Positions 11,700-22,890 of a DNA stretch of 64,000 nt are shown in pieces (the stretch's first letter is position 1; each line of letters opens with the position of its first letter). The notes beneath the pieces are model-generated. The model did no database searches and was not told where the DNA came from. It worked only from the letters and a program-made list of their open reading frames with translations. The DNA is taken from the NCBI GenBank assembly GCA_964036045.1, contig OZ038378.1, forward strand, positions 34,038,001 to 34,102,000, read 5' to 3'. The DNA is from Eutreptiella sp. 'Long Island Sound 2002'. Lineage: Eukaryota > Protista > Euglenida. The translations under genes were made by a program, and so were the position numbers.

Positions 11700-12261
11700 A
11701 GTGGCACTGGAGATGTGGCGTGGTAAGACGGAGAGAAACTTGAAACTTGAAATGGGAGTTGTGTGCCGTGGGTTGCACTTCAAGTGTGCTATGACTAGGC
11801 CACTCCCTAGAGTCGCAGGGATGCGCATGCCCGTATTCGTGTGCGATTGCGCTAACGGCTGTGGGGCGCGGTGCAAAACGAGCTAGTTTTTCTGGGTTTT
11901 CCCCGTAGTGCTTCCGCGTGCGCGAGACCTCGCATAGGACATTAGTATCGCCGTGCACAAGGTTCCTAAGGTGGTGTCACAAGTGGGGGGCTCGATATAG
12001 CCGACCCCTTGCGAACACCACCGAGATTTGTGCACTATGCACGTGCATGCATGCATGGTGGGGTTGACTTTGTCGAAGAAGCAGAATGCCGTTGCCGTCG
12101 AAGACTGCTGTTACATTTCTTTTTAAATTCAAGTGGAGGCGAAGGGTGGGAGCAATGAACATTGGTGGCCCACAACTACATACCGAAGCAATTCTCATCT
12201 GTGTGTCTACTGAGTTGACCACTGTCATGTGCTGTTCTCTGATGGAATGTTTGATGTGCAA
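11700..12261 (-). pseudogene. Possible minus-strand ORF with HExxH (AIAHEYGHA) zincin-like motif
   Basis: ORFs 12261-11977 and 11958 onward are in the same frame, separated by a single TGA; starts ~30 nt downstream of inverted module M3. May instead be an antisense shadow. Confidence 0.3.
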
Positions 12262-12289
12262 AGTCTCTTACTACACCCCCGGACAGAAT

Positions 12290-12445
12290 GGGGTCTAGGA
12301 AGGGTTTCCTGTGAAAGTTCCTTGGCAGGAAGGTTGGGGGTTCCTGGACAGAAAGGGGTTCCTGGGATAGTTACTGGGTGGGAAGGGGGGGGGGTTCCTG
12401 TGGAGAAAGGGCGGTTCCTATATACTTCCTGTATACTTCCTGTAT
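12290..12445 (-). repeat. Module M3: inverted copy of the M1/M2 motif cluster
   Basis: aggaagggtttcct, aggaaggttgggggttcct, ggaaggggggggggttcct and (tatacttcctg)x3; the reverse complement aligns with 10370-10540. Confidence 0.85.
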
Positions 12446-14889
12446 ACTTCCTGTGCCCATTCTGCTTATGCATATCTCGGCAAGGCGCAATTTACACACA
12501 ATGCAAATGGCAGTTGCCACTTTTGTAGGCAGTGTCCATCGTGTGACCCCCTACTGGGAGCTAGAGGTCGATGCAAGGCGCCAAAGACGCAAAGTTCTTC
12601 AACTAGTTGTGGGCACAGTGCTCGAGGATGCAAATATTGTAGTGCGCAGCAACAACAACTGGCAGGGGGGACGGGGGTGGGCAGGTTGTGCTTGGAATGG
12701 GCCGCCGTACAAGCCACCCGTCTGTTGTCCCAGGCGGCGCTCCACGCTGTGGTAGCCTGCGCTGCGGCGGGCCGGCTGGGAGGCGGGTTGGTCACGCCGC
12801 CGCCGCCGCGCTGATGGCGCCCGCTCCGGTACAGATCGCACGCCGCTATCTGCTTCAACTGCTGCCATGCGCAAGCTGTCGGCCTGTGGAGGCAGTACAC
12901 GGGTGAAGGGGCGGTACGGCGGGCGCTGGTTATACGAAGCCGCCACCGGAGGTGGGCCCGCTTAAGTTTCTGCAGGCCTGCAGGGCACAGGGCAGTGGTG
13001 GTGGGGGAGGGAGGCGGGGGTTGGGCGGGGGGGGGGGGGGGCGCTTTTGGTGGCCCTGCCACGTGGGGGGGGGGGGAGCGGAGGCGGAAAAAGGCCCGCC
13101 CCCGTTTTACTGATCCCCAACGGGGGTCCAGCCCACGGCCTGCACCCTCGCTTTGTGGTGGTTCAAATTTGGGCCGACAGGGGGGTGAGGAGGGGGGTGA
13201 GAAGGAAGGGGACACGGGGGGTGAGAAGGGGGGTGCCGGGAGCAAGGATGCGCCCTGAAAACCCCCCCACCACGCAAGAGGGGAAACCTGCATGTCGCAC
13301 CTCGCGAAAGGGGGCATGGGGGGCAGGGCGGCTAATCGGGCTAACCGGGCTAATCGGGCTAACCCACCACCAAGTGATGCGGCGCCGGCCCGCCAAGTGA
13401 CCTTCCAAGTGACCTATGGGGTGGGGTGGGGGGCTAACCGTGCCAACCGGGGGTTGAGGGGAACCCGGCACTCCGTGAGTCGGGTCGAGCATCGCGACCC
13501 TGTGATTGGCCAGGGCTGGCCATCGTAGCCGGGGCAGCTTCTCTTTGAGGACTGGCGGTGCATTCATACACATTGTTCTAGCGATGTTCTGGCGAAGTCT
13601 TCCAGCGGCGCTCGCTAGAACGTCACTAGAACTTCGCTAGAACGAAAATTTTTTGGTCACCAAAAATAAGGTTAAAGCAGTGACATTGTGAAAAAAAACC
13701 ATGGGCCCCCGAGTACGGATAAGGGCGTCCAGATTACAACCCTCAAACCCCCCCCCCCCCACGTGGGGGCCTAACCAAGTCTTTTTTCCGTTCTAGCCTT
13801 CCGACGCCATCTAGGCTAGAACCAGATTGGGTCTTCTAGTCTGTATCAAGGATCAACCAGTCTTGCTTGTGCCTTAGGGCATGCAACCGGTGCATGGATA
13901 ATAGTACATACCTTACCAAAATAAAAAATGTCACCCCCCCAAAGGCCACTTCGATCAAGTTGTCCCGCAAGACGGCCACAACCCGTGCATGCAATGCACT
14001 GTCCTTAAAAAACGTTTGGCCCCCGTTATATCAAATTTGCCGGCCTTTGTTGGCCGTGGTGCCAAGCGCTGAGCATGAGGGACATTTTTCACCTCATCCA
14101 AAATTTCATGAAGCTCCAAAACCAGAGCTTTCCCTGCCTCCCTTGAGGCCCAAACAAAGTCCGATGCACCAGTCTCAATGAAACCTTTTATGGTTTCATT
14201 AATTTGCTTCACAATAGCGTCAGCATTGCGACACGGGCCATGCCCAACGTTGCCTACGCGGTTGCATGGACCAATTGCCCGCAAAAAAGAACCCCATCTA
14301 TATCGGGGTGGCGCACAACTAGCACGTTCCAAACAGTTGATGCAACTGCAACCTACCCAACACTTACCCTTGTGGTAAGTGGCAGAAAGCATGGCTTTGC
14401 CATCACCTACCAAGGCACACACACTAGGGATGCCATGGCCTAGGTGCGAGACATCCACATCGGACTGCACGTCCAAAATTTGTTGATTAAGGTCCCCCTT
14501 AGTGAAAACCCCCCGGAGACAAAGTGTGTCATCCAGACGATCAAGCCCCACCACGTTGCCCAGCGTTGCACATCGTCTGCGGCTGCCAGTCCCACCGCCC
14601 CCTGCCGATGTGCACAGGGGAGGGGAACGTGTCCCTCCGCCCAATGCTGTGGTGCGCAGGGGCGGAGAACCTGTTCCTCCGCCCAGTGCTGCCGTGCACA
14701 GTGGAGGAGAATTCGTCCCTTCAGCTTGTGCTGACGAGCTTAGGGGTGGAGAACCAGTCCCTCCTCCCTGTGTTGTGGTGCACAGGAGCGGGGAACCAGT
14801 CCCTCCGCCCCGTATTATGGTGCACATGGGAGGGGATCCCAGTATTTCCGCTCTGTGCTGTGGTGCACAGGGGAGGGGAACTTGTCCCT

Positions 14890-15390
14890 CCGCCCTCGCT
14901 AACGCAGAACGGCTACAGCTAGGGCGTGCGAGTCCCCAGACCACCTTCCCTCCCGTCCTAGCTAATGCACAACGGCTACAGCCGGGGCGTACGTGTCCCT
15001 ACCCACCTTCCCTCCCATCCCGGCTAACGCAAAACGGCTACAGCCGGGGCGTGCGTGTCCCTGCCCACCTTCCCTCCCGTACCGGCTGACGCAGAACGGC
15101 TACAACCGGGGCGAGCAAGTCCCCAGACCACCTTCGCTCCCGCCCCGGTTAACGCAGAACGGCTACATCCGGGGCGTGTGTCTCCCTTACCCAGCTTTCC
15201 TCCCGCCCCGGCTAACGCAAAACGCCTACAACCGTGGCGTGCGGGTCCCTAGCCCAACAGTCCTCCCGCCCCGGCTAACCCAAAACAGCTACAACCGGTG
15301 CGTGCGTGTCCCCGGGCCCCCTTCCCTCCCGCCCCGGCTAACGCAGAACGGCTATAGCCGGGGCGTGCGTGTCCCCAAACCACCTTCCCT
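14890..15390 (+). repeat. 62-63-bp tandem block 1 (core CCCTCCCGCCCCGGCTAACGCAGAACGGCTACAGCCGGGG)
   Basis: Unit starts at 14898, 14961, 15023, 15085, 15148 and onward. Confidence 0.95.
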
Positions 15391-15939
15391 CCGTCCAGTG
15401 CTATGGAGCACAGGGGAGGGGAACCAGTCCCTCCGCCCAGTGTTGTGGTGCACTGGGGAGGGGACCGAGTCCCTCCGTCCGGTGTTGTGGTGCACACGGG
15501 AGGGGATCCCCTCCCTTCGCCCTGTGCTATGGTGCACAGGGTAGGGGACCCTGTCCCTCCGCCCTGTGCTGCGGTGCATAGGGGAGGGGAACCTGTCGCT
15601 CCGCCCTGTGCTATGGTGCACAGGGGAGGGGAACCTGTCCCTCCGTTCTGTGCTATGGTGCACGAGGGAGGGGAACCTGTCCCTCCGCCCAATGGTATGG
15701 TGCGCAGGGGTGGAGAACCAGTTCCTCCACCCTTTGCAGCGGTGCATCGTGAAGGCGAATTTGTCCCTCTGCCCTGTGCTGATGAGCTCAAGGACCGAGA
15801 ACCAGTCGCCCCGCCTTGCGTTGTGGTGCACAGGAACGGGGAACCAGTCCCTCTGGCCTGTATCATGGTGCACAGGGGAGGGGAACTTAGTCCTCCCGCC
15901 CTGTGCCGTGGAGCAAAGGCGAGGGGAACCCATCCCTCC

Positions 15940-16310
15940 GCCTTGGCTAACGCAGAACGGCTACAGCTGGGGCGTGCGAGTCCCTAGACCGCCTTCCCTC
16001 CCGTCCCGGCTATCGCAGAATGGCTACGGCCGGGGCGTGCGTGTCCCTTGCCCACCTTCCCTCCCGTCCTTGCTAACGTAGAACGGCTACAGCTGGGGCT
16101 AGCGAATCCCCAGACCACCTTCCCTCCCCCCCTCGCTAACGCAGAACGCCTACAACCGTGGCGTGCGGGTCCCTGCCCACCTGTCCTCCCGCCACTGCTA
16201 ACGCAGAACGGCTACAGCCGGGGCGTGCGTGTCCCCGGGCCCCCTTCCCTCTCGCCCCGGCTAACGCAGAACGGCTACAGCCGGGGCGTGCGTGTCCTCA
16301 GACCACCTTC
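15940..16310 (+). repeat. 62-63-bp tandem block 2, same unit as block 1
   Basis: Repeated GCTAACGCAGAACGGCTACAGC at ~62-63 bp spacing. Confidence 0.95.
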
Positions 16311-18984
16311 CCTCTGTCCAGTGCTATGGAGCACAGGGGTGGGGAACCAGTCCCTCCGCCCAGTGTTGTGGTGCACTGGGGAGGGGAACCTGTCCCTCCG
16401 CCCTGTGCTATGGTGCACAGGGGAGGGGACCCTGTCCCTCCGCCCTGAGCTACGGTGCACAGGGGAGGGGAACCAGTCCCTCCGCCTAATGCTGCGGTGC
16501 AGATGGGTGGGGAACCTATCCCTCCGCCATGTGCTACGGTGCACAAGTGAGGGGAACCAGTCCCTCCGTCCGATGCTGTGGCGCACAGGGGATGGGACCC
16601 TATCCCTCCGCCCTCCGCTGTGGCTAACAGGGGAGGGGAACCTGCGCCTCCGCCCCGAGCTATGGTCTGCAGGGGGGGAGAACTTGACCCTCCGCCCTGT
16701 GCTGGTGCACAGGGGAGGAGAACCTGTCCCTCCGCCCTTTGCTAAGGTGCACACGGGAGGGAACCTGTCCCTCCGCCCCGTGCTGTCGTGCACAGGGGAG
16801 GGGAACTTGTCCCTTTGCCCTGTGCTGTGGTGCACAGGGGAGGGGAACCTGTCCCTCCGCCCTGTGCTATGGTGCACAAGGAGGGCACCCTGTCTCTCCG
16901 CCCTGTGCTGGGGTGCACAAGGGAGGGGGACCAGTCCCTCCGTCATGTGCTATGGTGCACAGGGGAGGGGACCCTGTCCCTCCGCCTAATGCTGCGGTGC
17001 ACATGGGTGGGGAACCTATCCCTCCGCCCTGTGCTACGGTGCACAAGTGAGGGGAACCAGTCCCTCCGTCCGGTGCTGTGGCGCACAGGGGATGGGACCC
17101 TATCCCTCCGCCCTCCGCTGTGGCTAACAGGGGAGGGGAACCTGCGCCTCCGCCCCGTGCTGTGGTCTGCAGGGGGGGAGAACTTGGCCCTCCGCCCCGT
17201 GCTGTGGTCTGCAGGGGGGGAGAACTTGGCCCTCCGCCCTGTGCTGTGGTGCACAGGGGAGGAGAACCTGTCCCTCCGCCCTTTGCTAAGGTGCACACGG
17301 GAGGGAACCTGTCCCTCCGCCCCGTGCTGTCGTGCACAGGGGAGGGGAACTTGTCCCTTTGCCCTGTGCTGTGGTGCACAGGGGAGGGGAACCTGTCCCT
17401 CCGCCCTGTGCTATGGTGCACAAGGAGGGGACCCTGTCTCTCCGCCCTGTGCTGGGGTGCACAAGGGAGGGGGACCAGTCCCTCCGTCATGTGCTATGGT
17501 GCAGAGCGGTGGGGACCCTGTCCCTCCGTTCGGTGCTATGGTGCACAGGGGAGGGGAACCTGTCGCTCCGCCCTGTGCTTTGGTGCACAGGGGCGAAGAA
17601 TCTGTTCCTCCGCCCTGCGCTGTTATGCACAGCGCAGGGGACCGTGTCCCTCCGCCCTGTGCTTTGGTGCACAGGGGAGGGGAAATTGTCCCTCCGCCAT
17701 GTGCTGTGGTGCACAGCGGAGGGGACCCTGTCCCTCCGCCTTGGGCTGTGGTGCACAGGGGAGGGGAACCTGTCCCTCCGCCCAATGGTATGGTGCACAA
17801 GGGAGGGGACCCTCTCCCTCCGCCCTGTGCTATGGTGCACAGGGGAGGAAAACCTGACCCTCTACCTTGTGCTATGGTGCACAGGAGAGGGGAACCTGTC
17901 CCTCCTCCCTGTGCTGTGGTGAAGAGCGGTGGAGAACCTGTCCCTCCGCCCTGCGCTGTGGTGCACAGTGCACGGGACCGTGTACCTCCGCCCTGCGCTG
18001 TGGTGCACAAGGGAGGGGAAACTGTCTCTTCGCCCTGTGCTGTGTTGCACAGGGGAGGGGAAATTGTCCCTTTGCCCTGTGCTGTGGTGCACAAGGGAGG
18101 GGAATGTCCCACCGGCCTGTGCTGCGGTGCACAGGGGAGGGGACTTAGTCCCTCCGCAGTGTGCTGTGGTGCACCGGGGTGGAGAGCCTGTACATCCGTC
18201 CTGTGTTGTGGTGCACAGGGGAGAAGAACCTGTCCCTCCGTCCTGTGCTATGGTGCACTGGGGAGGGGAACTTGTCCCTCCGCCCTCTGCTGTGGTGCAC
18301 AGGGGAGGGGAACCAATCCCTCCGCCGTGTGCTGTGGTGCACAGGGGAGGGAAGCTGTCCCACCGTCCTATGCTATGGCGCATAGGGGAGAGGAACCTGT
18401 CCCACGGCCCTCTGCTGTGGTGCACAAGGGTGCAGAACCAGTCCCTCTGCCCTGTGCCATGGTGCACAGGGGTGGGGAACCAGTCCCTCCGCCCTGTGCT
18501 ATGGTGCACACGGGAGGGGAACCTTTCTCTCCACCCTGTGCTGTGGTACATAGGGGAGGGGAACCTGTCCCTCCGCCGTGTGCTGTGGTGCATAGGGGAG
18601 GAGGACCTGTGTCTCCGTCCTGTGCTCAGGTGCACAAGGGTGGGGAACTAGTCCCTCCGCCCTGTGCTATAGTGCACAGGGGAGGGGAACCTGTCCCTTT
18701 AACGTGTGCTGTGGTACACAGGGGAGGGGAACCTGTCCCTCCGTCCTGTGCTGTGGTGCATCCTCCAAGATCCTTACCCCTATGAGGCTTTGCCGGTGAG
18801 GACTTGGTTGTTTTTGGGCTAGCATGGGTTGGCTAAAAATTTGTGATTTGGGCGTGACCTCCAACAACCCCCGGGGACCCTTTTTTTGGTAACCCCACTG
18901 TGTGTCTCTCCGACTTTCCAAGACCGTCCCCCTTGGGGGCCCCATCAGTAAGGACTGAGCCGTTTTCAGGCTGGCATGCGTTGC

Positions 18985-19360
18985 TTGAAAAATCGTTGTT
19001 GAGTGATCATTTGGTGACAATGGGAGAACCTGTTAAGCCATGGTGAGCCATGTAGCACCAGGTGGTGCTTATTGACCCGGAAAGCGCCGTTTTGGGCCCG
19101 TTAGCACCATGGTGACTCTTTTGGCTTGTAGCCGCTACTGTGCGTCGATTGCTACCCAAATCCCGTTTCACTTTTTTTCTTCTGCATGGACCCCCAAACC
19201 GGGTCCCAGGTGCGATCTCTGATTTTCCAAGATCGGCCCCTGTATGGGGCCCCACCAGTGAGCAGAATAATCGCAGTTTTGGGGTGACCTCTGATGACCC
19301 CCATGGACCCTTCGGCCATTGTTGGGTGATCATTTGGTGACAATGGGCATGGGGAGCCAT
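18985..19360 (-). repeat. Two diverged copies of a repeat carrying TTGGGTGATCATTTGGTGACAAT; inverted relative of the 20.4-21.0 kb repeat
   Basis: gagtgatcatttggtgacaatggg (~19000) and gggtgatcatttggtgacaatggg (~19325); the reverse complement resembles attgtcaccaaacaaccacccaa. Confidence 0.6.
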
Positions 19361-19592
19361 GTAGCAGATGGCGGATGGAGGGTGAACAAATCACTAGAGT
19401 TCCTCCTTGTAGTTCCTTGCCAAAGGCAATGGAATTTACCAGAGGAAAGATTGATTTAGGCCATTTTTGGAACACAAAATTTTGGGTTTTGGAGCCCCTC
19501 ACTCTCTCTCCTCTCTTCTAATGCATTCCTGATGATTGCCATGCATGCACTGTCAGAGGCTCGTTGCTGCATGGCCTGCTTGGTTCCTTCAG

Positions 19593-19781
19593 GTGCACAG
19601 CGACACCACCGCTGCCGAGGAATTTGATGAGAGGGGCGCCTCCGTCACTTCCTCTGAACACACGGTGAGCAGCACCGAGGACTCTGCTGCTGCTGAGAGC
19701 TCCGTCGTGGCGGGCTCCACCATCTCTGGCACGTTTGCCCCATACGCCCCCTCCACAGGGCGTGTTGTGTTGCCTCCTCAG
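19593..19781 (+). CDS. Candidate internal exon (Ser/Thr/Glu-rich), possibly the cytoplasmic tail of the claudin-like gene
   Basis: Acceptor TTCCTTCAG|19593, phase 0; VHSDTTAAEEFDERGASVTSSEHTVSSTEDSAAAESSVVAGSTISGTFAPYAPSTGRVVLPPQ; CAG|GTCCGC donor, phase 0. Confidence 0.45.
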
Positions 19782-20021
19782 GTCCGCACAGACCTGGGTG
19801 CTGGGCCACAGTACCATCACTTACAATCCCCAGGTCCGCCCTGTTCATACTCCCTGGTCCATACTCCCTGGACGTTGTGTGACCATAGGTTTTTCCCGCT
19901 CCCCCAGGAGAGGGTTACTCCACCGCCAGCATGGAGTGCCCACTTGCGGACTTCCTGGAAGCCGCGTGAAGGGGGATGAATCATGAATCAGTGTCCCCCC
20001 ACCCCCCTTTCCCCACCACAG

Positions 20022-20156
20022 GCATGGGGTGTCCCTCTTGAGGCACCTGACCAATGGCAACAACACCGCCACATGCCAACCCAGCTCCACCAACACCACC
20101 AACCGATGCGTCCACCCTCATCCGCGACTCCATCTCACTCCACATCACACACATAA
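20022..20156 (+). CDS. Candidate terminal exon (Gln/His/Pro/Ser-rich)
   Basis: Acceptor CCCCTTTCCCCACCACAG|20022, phase 0, compatible with the exon ending at 19781; AWGVPLEAPDQWQQHRHMPTQLHQHHQPMRPPSSATPSHSTSHT-TAA (20154-20156). Confidence 0.4.
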   Translation, partial: AWGVPLEAPDQWQQHRHMPTQLHQHHQPMRPPSSATPSHSTSHT

Positions 20157-20369
20157 AAGGGCCACAGCATAAGCCCACCACCACCAATTGCACAGCAAAA
20201 AGTGAAAAACCCTGTGACACCAGGCTGTTGCAGAGAGGGCTGTTGCCCTCCTCCGTGTGGACCTGACACAGAGCAGTGAAACCGGGACAGCCCAGGGGGT
20301 CTGGGGGCACAACCTACCGAGGGAAAGGAAGGGAAGGCAGTGAAGTGAGGGAAAATGTGGAAGGGTTGC

Positions 20370-21010
20370 AGAGGGTTTCAGAAAAAGTTGATTTTTCTAA
20401 AATCTTCAGGTACCACTAAACAGCCTAAACATCAGCAAGTCCAGGGCCTTCGAGGGGCCCATGGCCCGGGCCACACAGGCCTAGCAGCCACTACGTGGGT
20501 TCTTATGGGTCCTGAAGTACCTGTATTGTCACCAAACAACCACCCAAAACCCATGCCGGGGGCGACAGAAGGGTTTCGGAAAAAGTCGAATTTTCGAAAC
20601 TTTACAGGTGCCAGTAAACTAACTGTCTGAACAACAGCGATTTCGGGGCTTTCGACAGGCCCATGGCCTGGGCCCTAGCAGCCACTATGGGGTCCCCATG
20701 GGGGCTCAAGTACCTGTATTGTCACCAAATGCTCACCCAAACCCATCTTGGAGGTGACATAAGGGTCTCAGAAGAAGTCAAAGATTCGAAAAAATTTAGG
20801 TGCCACTAACCAGTCTCAAAAACAGCCATTTCAGGGCTTTCAGGGGGCCCTTGGCTTGGGCTACACGGGCCTAGCAGCCATGATGCGGGTCCCCATGGGT
20901 GCTAGAGTACCTGTATTGTCACCAAACAACCACCCAAACCCATCCAGAGGCGACAGATGGATTTTGGAAAAGGTCAAATTTTTCAAAAAAAAATTATTAC
21001 CTTCAGTAAG
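20370..21010 (+). repeat. ~195-bp tandem repeat, ~3.5 diverged copies
   Basis: GTACCTGTATTGTCACCAAA recurs at ~20517, ~20710 and ~20907. Confidence 0.9.
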
Positions 21011-21410
21011 TCTACCTCTCAGAGAATCCCTTTCCAGCCCATGCCAGGTTGAAAATGACCAAGTCTTCAGTGGTGGGGCCCTGCCGCGGGGCCAATCTGG
21101 GAAACTTGGAGATATCACCCGGGACCCGTCATTGGTTAGGAGGTCTGTATAGAGGAAAAAAGTGGAATGGGAACAGGGTCTGAATTGACGCATAAGGGTG
21201 GCCGCAATGGAGATCCTAATGGGGTTACACAAGGGAGGTCCAAGCCAGTTCACACAATGGATATCCAATGCGGTTCACACAATGTGTAACTACCCCTAGC
21301 TGGTGACTTGAGACCCTACCCGCCCCACATCAAGAGAGGTGCCCGTCCTTTGCCGCAACAACAAGTGGGTTCAAGCTGGTTCACGGGGGGGGGGGGAGAA
21401 ATAATCCTTC

Positions 21411-22890
21411 TTGGAAGTGAAAAAAAATTGTCATCCACAATGCTTGTCCCTCCCCCACACACAAAGCACAAAATTTCCATCCATCAGGAATTTTGTCAAG
21501 GCCCCCTCCCCCCCACCCCCAGTCCTCCGGCAACAACAAGTCCTGGTGGACCAAATGGCGAAAGTGGACCGCCAATTGGCCACCGCCATTGGAGTGTCCC
21601 CCGCCAAAAAGAAGCCAAAGAGTCAATTTCATCCAAACAGAGTGCCAGAACCCCCCCCACCCCTCTTGGACCCCGCCGCAACTCACCCCTAGATTTGCAG
21701 AATCATTCAGGCAGTCTTGGCAATGCATGAGAAAGTGAAGGACCTCCCACCACCTGAAAGTGACAATTTTTTTAGAGGCCGATCAACAGAAGCTAATGTC
21801 GCAATTTCACTAGGATGAGGATTTTTTTGCACTACAATCCCACACCTTTTTCTCTATCGAAGGACCATCAAGGAACTTGAAAGGCCTTGAGAAACCAACC
21901 ACCGATGAGCTCAATGCAGTTTTTCCTGAGGTTGGATCCAGTGTTATCCCAGTTCTGAAAGATTGTGAAATCTCACACGCCATCGCGCTTCAACATCGGT
22001 TGAACAACTATTTGCCCCCCAAAAGAAGAAAGTGGAAGTCACCGCGCAAACACTATTCAACCAATTGTGTGATCAAACACTGCAAAAGATGTCCGCCACA
22101 CCTGTTGCCCTCTTTTGTTTGACACGCGAGGTCTACTTAGTAGCAGGCGGCTCGACACATTTTTGGGTTGTCACTTGCGCCCCTGAGTCCATGAGTCATA
22201 AACTGAAGCATGGGCACAACATTGCTCGCCTTCTCACTAATGGCACGGCCCTTGAACATAAACAGACCTCCTTGCCTCAAGCCCTGCCTGTGAGTTTTGC
22301 CATACACATGACACAACAGAATATGTCTCAAACGATGTTGCATATGGGACTCTCAGGAGCCCAATGCTTCAATGTCGCGGGCCCAGTGAACATTCGGACC
22401 GCAAACAAGCCACTCCATACTGAAATTTTCCTTCTGGACTTGAACTACAACCAAAAGGCAAAATTCATCAAAACACACAAAGAGAAGGAATACTTTCAAG
22501 TGATGTCCATGAGCAAGTTTGACGGCATGGCCTTTGTTGACAAAGAGGCACTGCTAGAAGTTTTTTATACGGCAGTCCACAAAGAGCAGTACTACAAGCA
22601 TTTATGGCTCACCTTGCATTCCACCCTCTGTGAGTGTTTCCTTGACCCCACCTCCTCGTCTGTGCAAATCGGTGGACACAACAAACTACGGATGGGATTG
22701 CGGTCATTGTGATGCTTTGTACTCCTTTGGGCAAGGGCTGTATGTGCAATTCCTAGGACAACGGCCTTCTTTTCGAAAGCGAAAAACAAAGAGATTGGTC
22801 CAACCGTGACTAAAACTCGGACGCTTTGTCCAAGTGCAGATCTCCACGTGCACTCATGGAAGCGGCTCAAACCTTGCTGAGGCACTTGTA
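21411..22890 (+). pseudogene. Decayed ORF of unknown function (likely TE-borne)
   Basis: Protein-like ORFs 21411-21692, 21877-22122 and 22032-22712 (226 aa) linked by stops and frameshifts; no recognised motif. Confidence 0.45.

Larger units (their letters stand above)
14590..18770 (+). repeat. Composite minisatellite: 42-bp unit GGTGCACAGGGGAGGGGAACCTGTCCCTCCGCCCTGTGCTGT interrupted by two blocks of a 62-63-bp unit
   Basis: 42-bp periodicity at 14.6-14.9, 15.4-15.95 and 16.3-18.77 kb; ~500-bp higher-order duplication (16483 vs 16983). Confidence 0.97.

Noticed and set aside
14590-18785. Long repeat-protein ORFs (up to 665 aa) in the 42/63-bp array
   Set aside because: Open in several frames on both strands because unit lengths are multiples of 3 and GC-rich; 62-bp units and indels break frames with no frame preference.
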